NCBI RefSeq assembly: GCF_009834535.1
Contig: NC_045696.1
Location: 21,330,001 to 21,394,000 of the forward strand
DNA from: Camelus ferus
Lineage: Eukaryota
Reading direction: 5' to 3'
Length of the DNA: 64,000 nt
Positions 25,370 through 39,019 of the stretch are shown piece by piece. Within the stretch, counting starts at the first letter, position 1, and every line of letters begins with the position of its first letter. The position numbers and the translations under genes were made by a program. The notes beneath the pieces were generated by a model that saw only the letters and a list, made by a program, of their open reading frames with translations, was not told where the DNA came from and searched no databases.

Positions 25370-27224
25370 TTTTCCAGTGATCCTCTGAGGTAAGGACAGG
25401 TTCTAGCAATGACTTGGCACCTGGAAGGGACAAGCGTGGAAGACCGAAAACAATAATATATGAAAAAGTAGAATGAGAATGCACTAGAGTAGTGAGTCCA
25501 AAGCAAGGGGATCTTTGTGTACCATATCATTACCTACCAGAGAGTGCCTCCTGCAGTGTAGACAATGGAAAACTAACTGGAAAAGATTCATTCAAAGGAA
25601 ATCAGCCAAGACTTGTCTTCAATCACCCTGTGCTCTTACAATGGGCAGGTAGTTACTGGGTTGGAAACTATGAATGCACATATTAGCATGTGCTTCCTCT
25701 TATCAAGGCTAATGTCATTACTAACACAATTTAATCTGACCTGTGAGTATTAGGGATTGACAATGAGCATTCCATATGGTACCATTTCTTGAAGAAAGCA
25801 GCCACTCCATGTCTGGCTTGATTACACAGCATCATAAAATTTGCATCCATTAGCAGTAGTGGAGAAGGTATTAATTATCTCCCATCCTGGAGAATGCAGT
25901 AACCCCTTTTTTTGAGATTCATACATAGATTGGATCTAGTTTTGCCTTCTCAACCTTCAATGCCTCTGTCAAGGTTTTCTGAGTGGCTGAGATTCTGCCA
26001 AATTTCACCTTGGACTGCAAATGGTCCATTTATGATTAAGGATTTTGACAAAGAAAAAACAAAAAAGGAATTCTTTTATTAGACTCTATCACCCAGAAGT
26101 TATTGTCTTAACAGAATGTGGAATGACCTTTCTACTAGAATGTCAGGTTGAGCACAACACTGTGCAGCGTTGTCTGTCCCTCTGGAATGCAGTGTAAATG
26201 TTGAACTAGTTGAGATCATATGATGTTGTATCTGTAACAGCTAGAATGCAAAGGAAAAGAAGGGGTAGAAGTAGGGTTGACTCCTCTCATTATCAATCTC
26301 TGTGGCCCATTTGAGAAGTTCAGGCTTCCAAACTCTGCAACTTTATGCTTTGAAGAGTTCCAGATCATGGTCCTCAGATGGGGTAAAGTGTGTGGGGAGA
26401 GGTTTATAACTATAGATGCAAACAAATTTCCCTAGTCCTTTAAGTACCATCTAGTAATTTGGGGCCTCATGCTGCTCAAACATCAAACAAAAAAGCAGTT
26501 ACTAGTCCCTGTTCTCAGCAGTGATTATCAAGTAGAGCTAAAGTTGCTGCAGGTAAAAGGGGCAGGAAGAAATGTCTGAACATGAGACATTGATTGCGGT
26601 GCTTCATGGTCATCCCTTCCTGGTAAAGCAGGAAACAGCACTTGCTGTCACAAGGCAGGGTGAGCAGGGCTCAGGCAGAGGCAACCCACCTAGACATGCA
26701 GAATTGCTGACCAAAGAGACAGGAAGTATAGAATAGGTAGTAGAGAAGGAAAATGACTAATGTTCATTAAGGCCTCAGGACACAGATTGTTTCACTAACC
26801 TTTTGTTCTATGGCTTTTAAAGAGATTGTAGCAATGACCCTATCTTATTCAATTCAGGCTTCTATAACAAAAATACCGTAGACTGAATGGCTTGTACACA
26901 TATTTCTCCCAATTCTGCAGGCTGGAAATCAAAGATCAGGGTGCCTATGTGGCTGAGTTCTTTCTGGTCCACAGATGGCAGCCACCTTGCTATTCTCCCA
27001 CGGCAGAGAGAGCACTCTTGTATCTCTGCTTATAATGGCATTAATCCTGTTCATGAGGGCTCCACCCTTATGACTTCACTACCTCTCAAAGGCCCCACCT
27101 CCTAATGCCACCATGTTGGAGATTAGGGATTCAGCATGTGAATTTGGGGGAACACAATCAGCCCATATGCCCCCTGAAGTACTTAGTGTGAGATGTGTGC
27201 AGATTAAAAAGAACAAGGAATAAA
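25370..27224 (+). mobile_element. ERV-L internal remnant (ERV3-16A3/ERVL-like pol RNaseH-integrase and dUTPase regions), frameshifted
   Basis: Nucleotide similarity to ERV-L pol motifs: atctttgtgtaccatatcattacctaccagag (IFVSHVNAHQR), cttcctcttatcaaggct (LPLTKA), tatggtaccatt (YGTI), cttgattac (VDY), atcacccagaag...tggaatgaccttt (HHPE..WNGL). A dUTPase-like segment lies at 26440-26580. Confidence 0.8.
26841..27168 (-). mobile_element. MLT1A-type solo LTR inserted in the ERV-L remnant
   Basis: tatcttattcaattcaggcttctataacaaaaataccgtagactg...catgagggctccacccttatgac...aaaggccccacctcctaat...tgaatttggggg. TSD gaccc (26836-26840) / gcccc (27169-27173). Confidence 0.9.
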
Positions 27225-27725
27225 TTATAATCTTGCCCACCCCATATCTGCTCACAACACTTCAGAATTTACCAGTAGCTTCTGTGAACAGGTTCCTGCA
27301 TGCTGTGTGCTGAGCTTCCTATCTCAAGTGCCTGTATAGTCCTCCATTTCTCTGCATGAGGGATTTCTCCAGCATCCCAAGACCGAAGTCTGCCACCTGT
27401 AAGTCAATCTGAAATTGTGCTTCTGTTCATTCTCCTCAGGCTAGCCACCAAATAACAAGAATCAGGAGACAGTAGAAAACACCCAGACACCCCTGGCTTC
27501 TTAAAGGGAAGTTCTGATGTGTATTACACAGTTTCTCAAAAAGTTCACAGTGTTCTTAACATTGCAATTAGTTAATGGATTCTTTACTAATTTTTCTGCC
27601 TGAATTTAACATAATACAACCCCTACTGGCTCATTTGCTCTTCCTAGGATCACCTACCAAATAAACTGCCTGAACCCGAATCCTGCTTCTGTGTCTTCTT
27701 CGTGGTGGGAATCCAAACACAAGCA
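27225..27725 (+). mobile_element. LTR16-type ERVL 3' LTR
   Basis: Follows a purine-rich tract (aaaaagaacaaggaa); ends cttcctaggatcacctaccaaataaactgcctgaacccgaatcctg...gggaatccaaacacaagca, the typical LTR16 terminus. Confidence 0.8.
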
Positions 27726-27916
27726 CAATAAAATTTGACTCATCATTTTGATGAGTGACTTTTAGTATGATCTCATTTCCAAAATAAATTTTTGTGAAGC
27801 TTATGTCATTAAAGTTTGGATTCAAATCCCCAAAGCAGTAACATTGTTTCAGATATTAAGGTGATGGATGGCTGCACACATCAACCCAGAAATCTAGTTT
27901 TCAGTATTTCATTAAG

Positions 27917-28070
27917 TGTGGGAGTCAGCATAATGAGTGTCCCTCCCCCAAAGGTGTCCATGTCTAATACCCATCTTAGACTTATGATGAGGTTTAAGGT
28001 AATAAATTTGTGTTGTTTAGAGTCACTAAGTTTGTGCAAATGTATCCCAACAGCAATAGAAAAATAAATT
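27917..28070 (+). mobile_element. Internally deleted MLT1C/D-type LTR
   Basis: 5' terminus (cataatgagtgtccctcccccaaaggtgtccatgtctaataccc) joined to 3' terminus (taataaatttgtgttgtttagagtcactaagtttgtg...cagcaatagaaaa). Confidence 0.7.
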
Positions 28071-28507
28071 TAAATCTATACCTTGTGAAAAAACTTCAAT
28101 CTAAAATGGAACCAGAGGATCTAAAATGGAAAACCTCATGCGTGTGCCCCCAGGAAAGCGAAGCTTAAGGACTGAGAGACTGATTTCCCGTACGTCTTTG
28201 ATTTACAGAAAACAGATAATATTGGAATTTTCTAAAATGATAGGGAGTTGGCAACCCCTTGACCAACCCTCTATTATATCAACCTTGGGAAATTTTGCTT
28301 ATGGTTTCCAGAAGCATGAACAAAAAAAAGACCTGGGTTGGGTTGGTCTTACAAAATAAGCTGAATTGAATTTGGTTTGTATGACTGGATCGATTTTTAT
28401 CTGCTGGGAGAATTTTCAAACTAGTTTTCATTTGGTTTTGATTTTAACAGACTCTAACTGAACTCTCCCCACTTTGCATTCCCTGCCCATAAGCAGTCTA
28501 CCCCCAA

Positions 28508-28579
28508 ATAAATAATAATTTGTTTTTTAAGCCACCTCATCTGTATTAGTATGTTATGAAGTCCCAGCAAACTAAAACA
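28508..28579 (+). mobile_element. MLT1 3'-terminal fragment
   Basis: ttgttttttaagccacctcatctgtattagtatgttatgaagtcccagcaaactaaaaca. Confidence 0.6.
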
Positions 28580-29914
28580 GCCTCCTAAATATTTTGCCAT
28601 ATTCCAGATACAATAATATATTTATGTGTATTCCTTTGCAAAATTATATTTAATTTGTCACAATGTAATTACTTCTTACTTTTTTAAATTAACTCATCTC
28701 TGAGAAGTGAGAAATAAAGTTCTTTTAGTACAACAGATAGAGTTACAGATAATTATGCTTTTATAACAAACCTTTATTTAAGTGATTGTATAAAACAGTG
28801 CTATTTAGAGCTCAATTGGTGTGTTCCAAGTTTGAACGTCATTGGTTCCCTAAAAACATTTGTTCTTTCTCTATCTCTCCTGCTGTTTGGAATGCTAGGT
28901 GATGCTGATATAAAGCTCTCACACAATACTAGAAAAAAACAACTAGGTAAGATTCTTCTAAGGTGAATCCCTAAAACAACGTCTTCCCTCAAGCCAGAGG
29001 GGGAACAGACAGACATATAGATGCAATGGCCGTGCAGTTAGAGTTAGGATATGGCTTTTTAGTTTTATGGGCAAAACTATTCTTTAAATGTTGTTAGTCA
29101 TTTGGATTTTCATAATTGTATAACAATTTACCTTCACAATAGATTCCATTGTTTTGGAAATATTTTCAAATTGTAATTTTCTCTAAGAGAATATAAAATA
29201 ATCTTAGACTATTCTTAGGGAATAAACTGCGGTGTTATACATCTAAGAAGTCACAGAGTAAAATGCTAAGTATTCTCTTTCTCATATGTAACGTTTAGTA
29301 GACTCATGCCCTTGAAGGATGAGAGAAATAATATTTTACCCACAATAGAGAATCACATAGATGTGAGAGAGGACTGGTTTCTAGGTCAGCTGCTGTGGGC
29401 AGCTGCAGTTGAATGGAGTAATTGGGCTGGCAGTAAAGCTGTGATGGAAAGTACGCAGCACAATAAACACACTACATGTCCTAGTGAATTTGTACATAGA
29501 AATTGGTAAAAATCTTTCAGATCATCACCAAATATACTGCGGCTAAGAGGCACAGAGGTTCCGAAGAACAATCAGTTCACCCAGAAACAGCCTGAAGTTG
29601 GGGAATAAGATGAAAAGAACAAAAAATGTTACTTCCATTAAAATCCTCCTGTGTTCAAATGGGACTCTCCAAACTCTATACCAAACCACGTGCATTTCCC
29701 AGGATGCACATAGAGATGTATGTCGGGACAGTCTTTGCTCTAAGGGAGGGCAGAGAGCGTGTCCTGGCAGGAATCAAATCTCTCTAGCTGCTGCCCTTTC
29801 ATAAAATTAATTAGATCAATTTATAAAGCCATGATAACCTTTTTTTTTTAAATTGAAGTTATCTTTCAATCAAGAACACTAGACTGGACTAAACATTGAA
29901 CATTTGTATCTTCT

Positions 29915-30030
29915 TTTTATATATGTATTTTATATATGTATATATATACATGCATATATATATACATGTGCACACACAGTATATATATGTACATATATGT
30001 AAATATTCAAATACATATATAAATGTGCAT
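29915..30030. repeat. TA/CA low-complexity repeat
   Basis: Degenerate (TA)n/(TACA)n tract. Confidence 0.85.
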
Positions 30031-31466
30031 AGAGGAGAGAGAGCAAAAGAGAGGGAGAGACCCACAGAAGAGCCTAGCATGTGGGTAAACTTCCCCACCT
30101 CCCGCCTAGGACCCCCCCATATTTTATTCTGCCTAATTTTTCTCAAGTAGAAGAATCTCTGAACTGATGGTTCCAATTTATAGCAAAGAGTCAGAAAATC
30201 TCACAAGCAGCAGGCCCACAAGTGGGGTTGAGGATCCAAGGACAATCTACAAATTTCAGTTTTCAGGTTAATATACCTTAATGACCTTTCATCCAATGGA
30301 ACAGAACAAAAAAATAAACAAATATAAAATCTAGAAAAAAAAATCAACCATAACAGAAGACAGTATGAATGTTAAAAAAAAAGATTTAAGAACTTACCAA
30401 TTTTTTTCCTCTTAGTGTAAGTAAAGAAAGCATGGACCCTCTAAGAAAAATAGCAAGATCACTTTATAGGCAGATAACAAAAACAGAGGTGGGTGTGAAC
30501 AGGACAAATTCTCACAAAGCCACAAAAACAACATAATTAAACTTTACAGCACATTAGTAGAAAATATCAAATGTGTGGTGAGGAAAACAAAGATTCTTCT
30601 CAGGTCATAGAGGGAAAAATAGAGGAATAAAAAAATGAAACACAAAAAAGAAGAGGAAAAATAGAGCTCTAAGTGAGATCTGGGCACCACTAATTTTTAT
30701 TATGCATGTTTGAAGTGAAAGAAAGATATAAATTTGAAATTCTAATTTTCTCTCGCAAATAACTTCCAAATGCCAACGTTTATTTTTTAGAATGTTTTAC
30801 TATGCAAATCATATTTAGAAAAATGCCTTTAATTTGTTTTATTGAGGGGAGGTTCTGAGCAAAACATGAAATAGATGAGGTGGTGTTTAGTAATGCCTCC
30901 TTCCTATTGTTGCCTGTTTTCTGGGGTCAAAACGTTTTCATGCTAATTTCAGTTTTGCAATTGGGTTCTTAGTCTCTGGGGTAGCTTCTGTGATTAAAGA
31001 TTTTGGGATAGCTCATTCTCCTCAAAAGCCACCTATTCTGACTTCTAATTACTCAAATACCTGCTCTCTGCTTGGAGATATCTGAAAAACAAAATTGGAT
31101 TATCCCTATGTTGAATGGAAATATTTCCCCTACCCATATGCACACAGATAACACATGCATTTTAGTGCCAGTCTCTTCAGTATCTTAACACAGGGCCTCA
31201 GACTTGATCACTTATTTCATAAACAGGTCATATTGAATAAATTTTGCCATAAAAATATTTCCCCAAACCATACTTCTTTATGGAGCATTGTTGCAAATTA
31301 TAGGAAATCATTTATGTTTTAACAGTATTTCATCAAGTTTTTTTGTTTAAATGATTCTGTCATCTATATTTTCATCATTATTAGATTAGATTGACAAGCA
31401 GTGACTAGGGAAAACACAAAATATAAAAGTATTTATGCTTCCAACCTCAAACAAGAAACTGCCATC

Positions 31467-31468
31467 AC

Positions 31469-31508
<40 letters not shown>
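31467..31508. repeat. (CA)n microsatellite
   Basis: Direct inspection. Confidence 0.9.
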
Positions 31509-31510
<2 letters not shown>

Positions 31511-32921
31511 GAAAGAGACTTGTTAAGAAAGTAAAATCAGGTAAGATCTTTAAAATCTGTATGTAATCACCTTTACTTCTTATAAAAACCTTTTCCTTTT
31601 GAAAAACAATTATTTCTTCATCGGATGAAAGTATAATGAGAACATTGTAATAAAGTAACATGTATTCCAACTTGCTTTAATCTAGGAATTAATATTTTGG
31701 AGATTTTTTAATCCATTGAGATAGATATATTTTCTTTAGACTACACCTGTATAAAACTTAATTGTCAGAGATATGCATAAAGATTGGCCTAATTGGGTGG
31801 AAATTACGAATATGATAACTAATATATACTTCTTGTGCAGTTTTTTCCTTTTCCTGCTGATTTGTGAAAATTGCAAGGATATAAAATTACTATTAACTAT
31901 TGAAAATGTCCAAATTGTTTCATTGAGGCCTAATTCATATTTTGGAAAAAAATGAATTATCTCTGCAAATCAACCAATAGTAGGAACCTAGATAAGAAAA
32001 TTATTTCAAAATATTGACAAAATATACAATCACCCTCTTAATTTTAAACTTCTGTTGCCTGATACCTTATAAATTAATTGATAGGCAGAGAATGCTTCTT
32101 ATTTATCCTGATTTACACAGTGCACAGCATATCATAATTACTAAATAACTGTGGAATAAAATAAAATGCTAAATAAGTTAATAAACCAATTAATGTCTCT
32201 CTATCTACATTCTTTCTCCTCCTACGCACCCCTTTCTATTTCCAGAGGAACAAAACATTGTTGGGAAAATAGGAAGGAGCGTAAAAATTCAATTAATTAC
32301 ATATTCATGATCTCTAAATTTGATTTTGTTGTGGGTCATCAATATTTTTATTAGTCTCTCATTGTACCTTTTAAACCTGCATTCCTTCTCATGCCATAAT
32401 CTTCCAACTAAATGAATACCCTCATTTAGCTGAGGTCATTTCCTAGTTCATTGAGAAAAGATTGAGATCATCTGTCATTAAATAGCTCATTAACCCTTAT
32501 AATATTTTCCTCAACATATAAGTAACCTTTTATTATTTCTTTCATTCTTATTTACTATATGAGATTGAGAGAAAGAGCTCTTCAAATAAATACATGAATT
32601 TCTCTATTTCAATAAGAAACTTAATTTATCCTCTTCCTTCCTAAATACATTTTACTTTCCCACTACTGTGTTTACATCTGTAGTACTTTTAACTTTACAA
32701 AGCTAGACAATTTAGTTATTATTTACTATCCCAGTGTTTGAATCCTCACATTAAATTCGTTTCCTTCTTTTTTCTGAAAAGTCACTCTTTTCCCACATCT
32801 TGTATGTCAAATGATAATAGGAATTAAAAAGGAACAGATACATCATAATGTGAAATTACATAAATGAGGTACTTAACAAATCAGTCATTTTGAAGAACAC
32901 TGTAGGAAATACAGAGAAGAT

Positions 32922-33033
32922 TGTATGTATGTGTACAACTGGGAAACACTATGCTGTACATCAGAAATTGACACAAAATTGTAAACTAACTATACCTGAA
33001 TAAAACAAAAACAAAACCAAAAACAAACAAGAA
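32922..33033 (+). mobile_element. Very short 5'-truncated L1 3' tail (camelid/artiodactyl type)
   Basis: tatgctgtacatcagaaattgacacaaaattgtaaactaactatacctgaataaaa plus a (CAAAA)n tail; TSD core agaagat (32915-32921 / 33034-33040). Confidence 0.85.
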
Positions 33034-34577
33034 AGAAGATGGAATTGGAATAAGAGAGAAACCAAGTTAGAGGAAAATTTACAATCTGAACCATGCAGAG
33101 GAGAAAGCTACTCTGAACACTAAGGGTGTTTCCTAATGTTAATTATTAGAGGGTTAGCTATTTTGAAAAACACTGATGTTCTCTTTCTTCTAATGGCGTA
33201 CTTAAAAGTCAAGCCAGTTTGTCTGTATTGGACTGTGTCCCACCTTGTATTTTAAGGAAGAAGTAGCTAGTATCTCTAGGTGTTTAGTAACTAACCTACT
33301 TTTGAGCCCAACATTTCCAGTTAGCTCGTATGTAGAAGGCATGCACTATTTTAGTGAGTAAGTTGTGCAAAGCCTCTAAGACAGAAATTGCCACACAGAA
33401 GCTTGGGAACACTAAGAGATGGTTGGCCACTCATATACTTCACAAACCAAGACTACCACTAATGAAGTTAGTTAGCCACATGCTCCCAATTCTCTTTTTC
33501 TCCCAGTGTTAGAGAATCAGACTGGAATCTCTGAGTACCAAAGACACATTAGACTCCAGGAGAAGCTTCAAAACCAAACATAACAAAAGACATAGAACAA
33601 AGAAATAAACAAAGAAAGTAATTCATGCACACAATATGGAACAAATTAAACAGAAATTTCTAGAAATGATGTCCAATTATTATTATGTTTTAAAGTTTCC
33701 CAAATGGTTCTAATGTACAGTTGGGATTCAGAACTACTTGAGTTAGGTAATGCATCCATGAAGAATTTTACGCATGATTTTCTCCTCAGGAGCAGTGCCT
33801 AGCCTGGTCATCTCTCTAGTGTTAGAGAGAAATAATAGTAGCCAGAAGGTTTCCACAAGGTGATATGATACAGGGTGCGAGAAAATGGCAGTTGTGCATT
33901 TGTGGTGAACAAAAATCTGTGAGATTAATTTTCATGGCATGAAACAGTATCAACTGAACAACTAAAGGGATAACACCAACTGAGACCTGAATACATTTGA
34001 CCAGGGATAAATATTTCTCATTTATAAAAATTGCATCCTTGCATCCCTAGAGATAATGTGGATTATTTGAATGGGATATTATAGCTACTCAATATTATTC
34101 CTGACACACTATGTACTAAACATCAATATTAATATCCAACTTTTCTAAGTGTGATATGTTTGCCCAGACTTAGAAAGGATATCACTTGTCTATTTATTTG
34201 TTAAATCTTAAAACTGTCGGTAGTTTTTACTTCAAATATTACTAATTCTTTAGAGACATTTCTCAAAATTAGCATGAAAAAATTGCTCTCTATAGATTTC
34301 TTTCCTGAAATTCTCTCAGTTGTTTTATGTGGAAATGTTACTTAGGGAGAGCTTGGAACAACTAGGGGGGTGGGAGGTCTTCAGTGATCCTGTAGAAAAA
34401 TGCAATAGTGAAAATGTGAGTGACAATGAAAAAAATGAACAAATTGCAGGGCATAGGCAATGAAAAATTTAATGACCACTAGGTGTAAGCAACTAACTAG
34501 GATGCATGTAATGACTGAGCTTCAGCCCTGAGAAAAAAATAACTTAGAATCTAGCAACTAGTTTCCCAGAAAGGTTT

Positions 34578-34775
34578 TGTCAATTAGGGATATATCTGGC
34601 AGCACATAACAGAAATCTAGAATAACACTGACTTTTAAAGAGAAGAATTATTTTTCTCATGCACACAGAATTTTGATACAGGCAGATGTTGGCATTCTTT
34701 CGGCACCTCAGTGATGTTAGGAGCAAACCCTCTGACTATGTTTTTGGTTTCAAGATGGCTTCCAAATCTCTAGGT
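34578..34775 (-). mobile_element. Old MLT1 (J/L-type) fragment
   Basis: tgtcaattagggatatatctggcagcacataacagaaa...tatttttctcat...ttcaagatggcttcc. Confidence 0.5.
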
Positions 34776-34929
34776 AGTAACATGGAGAAAGAAAACCAGC
34801 CAAATATCACCCTTCACTATGCAGCATATTTAAGTAAGACAATAGAGCTTGGGAATAAGACTAAAACATTGGACTGTTGTAGTGGAATGGAAAATCAAGA
34901 CATATAATCTACACTTGATTTATGTTGAA

Positions 34930-36560
34930 ACAGATATTGATCAATGGGTATAATATACACTTTAAAACCATAGATGCTTGGGATGTATCCCTACGTAAAC
35001 CACAGGCAAAAGTCAACTCCAGGTGAATTAAATACTTAAATGAGAAGGGAAAACTATAAAATTTTGGAGGCCCATAGAGGAGAATCTCTTTATGACTTAG
35101 AATAGCATGAGGGATACTTCAACCTGCAAGGCTAATTTTATTGTAATGAGAGCATATGAGCCAAAGGATACATTTGGACACTGGAGATTCCTGCCTTTTC
35201 CTATCTTTCTTTGCCTGCCTCCAGGCCACTTGTCACCCCTAAATTCATGATTTCTTATCAGCCCAGAGGTTCCAGCTTCTCTTTATCTGCCCAAGGACCC
35301 TTGTTGTTTATAAGATGTATGGTTTCCTGCCATTTAGCTTGTCTCATGCTCCTCCTTTTTCTGCCCATTCCTACCATTTGGCCTGTTTCCTCCTTGCTCT
35401 GCTCACATGAACAGATTAACATCTACATGATTTAGATAAGAAGAATTCATACAAAAAAGTAGAATAGGAAAAAGACAAATAATCAGAGAGGAGAAGAGAC
35501 AAACGTCATGAACTAATATCCAACAGAAGAGATAGGGATGGTCTATAAGCCTTTGACACTCTTAATACTCAGAAAAATACAATCTAAAATCAAAATGAAG
35601 TGCCATTTTACACCCTTGATATTGGCAGTACTGGAAGTCAGACAATGGAAAGCATTAAGGAGGTCATGGAAAGAAATGCCTGTCAACCCCTGCCAGTTTG
35701 TGTGAAACCTTAGAGAGGGTGTGACATTGTAGATCAGGTGTAGAGTAGTACCACCAGCTCCCAGGGAACACAGCTGCTGGCCTTAGTCCTGTGAATTCTT
35801 CTGGAGAGTTTTTATGGAGCCACGGTGCTGAAGAACAGTCTATTAGGAGAGACAAAAAATGAGAAATGCCTTATTTTATTCTAGTCTCCTGTCTTTCCTG
35901 GTTAAAATTCATCACCTCCAGCACTAAATCTGAGGCCCTTCAGTGTGTTACGAGGCCTCTCAGAGCTCTTGTGATTTGGTTGAGTCAGATAATCAGACTG
36001 ATCACAAAAGAGGATTTTGGCTGGAGATGGTGGCTGAGGCTCAGATTCTGGTGCTGATAAATCTGAGAAGGTGTGTATTTTGGTCCAGTTCATCTAATAA
36101 AGTTAAACACTTGCATCTCAGCAATTTCACTCCCAGGTAAACTTTTGCAAATATAACCTAGTGGCTGTGTAGATAGGAGCTTTGCTCAGAGAGAAATAAA
36201 TAAAGAAAAAGGATGAAAACAAACCAAATCCCTTAAATGTGTGTCAAGAGTAGATGGGATATAAAAGCAGGAGAAGATGAATAAAAAACAACTATAGACA
36301 TCAATCTGGAGGAAATACCACAGAACTGATGTTGAGCGAAGAACCAAATCACAAAAGAGTGCACACAGTATGATTGCATTTAAATATCAAGTTCAAAATC
36401 AGCCCAAAAGAAATACATTATCAAAAATACAGAATTTAGAGTAGGATTGAATTCTCAGAGTGAGAGATACAGATACGACTGGGAAGTGTCCTGTAGGAGT
36501 TTCTGAGGTAGTGGGAATATCCAGCTTCTTAAGCTATATGGTGTTTTTATATAGTGGAGG

Positions 36561-36607
<47 letters not shown>

Positions 36608-36660
36608 CATTTACATTAACTATAGTTTTATGCATTTTTCATATACAATAGACATCTCAA
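34930..36660 (+). mobile_element. Fragmented old L1ME (ORF2 end + 3' UTR) with intervening insertions
   Basis: aaaagtcaactccaggtgaattaaatacttaaatg, aaaatgaagtgccattttacaccc, ctcagcaatttcactcccaggta, cacacagtatgattgcattta; apparently non-L1 segments at ~35120-35440 and ~35710-36070. Confidence 0.65.
36561..36607. repeat. (ATT)n microsatellite
   Basis: Perfect trinucleotide run; explains the poly-Leu of ORF 36460-36651. Confidence 0.95.
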
Positions 36661-37414
36661 AACCAAAAAATTATCTGAAATAAAAATCAATGAGGTGATT
36701 AAAATTGTTAATTGTTAAATAGTGCTTTCTTAGTTTCAAATGTTTATGGTAGAAAAATAACCCAGTTAACTTTAAACTAGACAATTATAACTTTCTTTTT
36801 ATTATTTTTCCATTAGGTTGAAACCTAAATCAATATAACTCTAATGATTTGGAGAAACAGTGGAAAATTAATAGCAAAAGGGTAAGTTGGTTACCTTTTT
36901 GGTTGTACTTTTGGCAATAAGTTGACTTTCCAGATACATTTATGAACTAATGCTTCTATTTATCAATAAATTCTTCAGATATTCTGTTTGGGATGAGTCA
37001 TCTTGCTGTCATTTCATTGCCAGTAAAATAAATATAATTATGTACCCCAAATTGAATATTTAGGAAACTTGCTTAAGAGTAATTTGAATTAGAGTATTTG
37101 ATCCTAAAATAGAATTCTGTGTCCTGTCTTACTCATTAAGTTTATGAGATTATATATTTCACAGTTGGTATATGGTAATAATTAGGGTGGGACAAGCAGA
37201 AAGCTCTTAGATTGTAACCGATTGATTTGACAAATATTCAAAGTATGACAGTTCTATTAAAGTTGTTATTTTAAATACAATTACTGAAAAAATACTTGAG
37301 AGGCTCTTCTAATAGTGCTAAAATCTCTTAAAAGAAAATAAGACATCATATGAAAAAATAATAAAAGAAAAAGGGTGACATTATTTACACAGTAGGTCCA
37401 CATGTCCCAGCAAC

Positions 37415-37580
37415 ACTCAGTGTAACAGAATGAGAACGACTTTTGCATTCAGAGAATATGGGCAAATCATATAATCACTATGCAATTTCTGTTATTTATC
37501 TAATGTGGAAAATTATATTTATCTTTAAAGGTTAAATAAATAATATACATTACAACTACATAGTTGATGTTTAATAAGAA
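37415..37580 (+). mobile_element. MIR remnant
   Basis: cagtgtaacagaatgagaacgacttttgcattcagaga...tgggcaaatcatataatcactatg...gttaaataaataatatac. Confidence 0.45.
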
Positions 37581-39019
37581 TCATATTCATAATATTAAAT
37601 AGAATATCATGACAATAATTGTAAAAAATAATACATTAGTTTTGAAACAAATTATAAATCCTTTTTTGGTTCTCCAAAGCATTAATATTATGGTTACTCA
37701 GAGTTAAAGTTAACAGAAAAACTAATTAATGAAAAAAACTAATCTAAGAAGGATTCATGTTTTTCTGCATAAATTAAACATGCTAAACTAACAAAGCTTT
37801 TTTGGGGAAGAAATACATAAGAAACCTGAATCTGTCAAAATGAATGATAAGTCAAATCTAATTTATTTCATTTTTTTATCTTCATCTTCTGTTATTCATC
37901 ACATTTTGTTGATGGAGCTCACATATACTCTATTCAACAAAAAATAAATTAACTTAACAAAATAAAAAGTAGAAAAACAAAAGTTACATTTCACACTGGG
38001 TATTATTTCCATTTATATGGGGTAAAAGAAATTAAGATTATACAGATGTATACATAAAAGTGACAAAAATAGCTGTTTAGTAGTTATCAAGTTTTATATA
38101 TTACTTTTATTTGCAATGGTATTTCAATCATTGTTAATGCATCCCTTCATTAATGCATCCAACTAGCCTACTTGTGAACAACATGAATTTTTATCTGCCT
38201 CTTCTTAATCATTCTAAATGAAAAACCAAGTGTTTGCTAAGCAACGACTCCTTTGAAACTATCTCTTACACACCCATTCCTTTCCCAACCTAATTGATCC
38301 TCCAAGTCCCTCTTATTTGGAAATTTTAGTGCTGACTCTCTATGAAAAAAATATTGGTCAGAAGTTAACTGTGTGTCCCAATTTTTCTAACTGTAAATCC
38401 AATAATATTTCTGCTGGAATATTGATTATTTAAGGTGGGATATACTTTATAGGAGAGTCACTATAAACAATCAGCTAAAACTAATATGAAGACCCTCTAT
38501 TAAAGCTTCCTCCGTGTTTGCTGAAAGCAGGCAAGAAAAATTTCACTGAGGGGCAGAATGGATATTTTTGGCTACTGTGTAGATGGTAGAAAGAGTGCCT
38601 TTCTAAGGCGGCTTCTTTAAACCTCATCCTACTGAGAAAGTTTGAATTTTTTTCTTTTCTGTGTTGGTGATGTTTCCTTAAAAAAAAAAAACAAACAAAC
38701 CCACAAATAGACAACCTTCACATGATTTCTTCTCTAGCCAGGAAATGACTTACTACGTAATTCCAGTGTTTTTGTGTGACTCTTTTTGACACTTTAATAA
38801 CACGAAAGGGATTAGGCACCTAGCGCTGCACGGTATGAATTTAGCAATGGAGAGAAGTAACTGTTTAGCTCTTTACTCAAAATCTGTTATTCCTGTGCTA
38901 ATGGATTTTCTTATTATTAATAGCTATATGTGAATTTTTCTGCAGGAAAGTCAAGGAAACTCTTTATATTAAGAAGTTTCAAGATATAAATATAAGCAAA
39001 GATCTTAATTATATTTTAG

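Noticed and set aside
28100..28480. Possible ERV1 internal fragment or 77-aa ORF
   Set aside because: Resemblance too vague to assign without a library search.
30392..30455. 43-nt minus-strand exon-like segment (ttcttag|...TTG|gtaagt)
   Set aside because: Such site pairs are common by chance in AT-rich DNA; it lies in probable L1-derived sequence and has no supporting signal.
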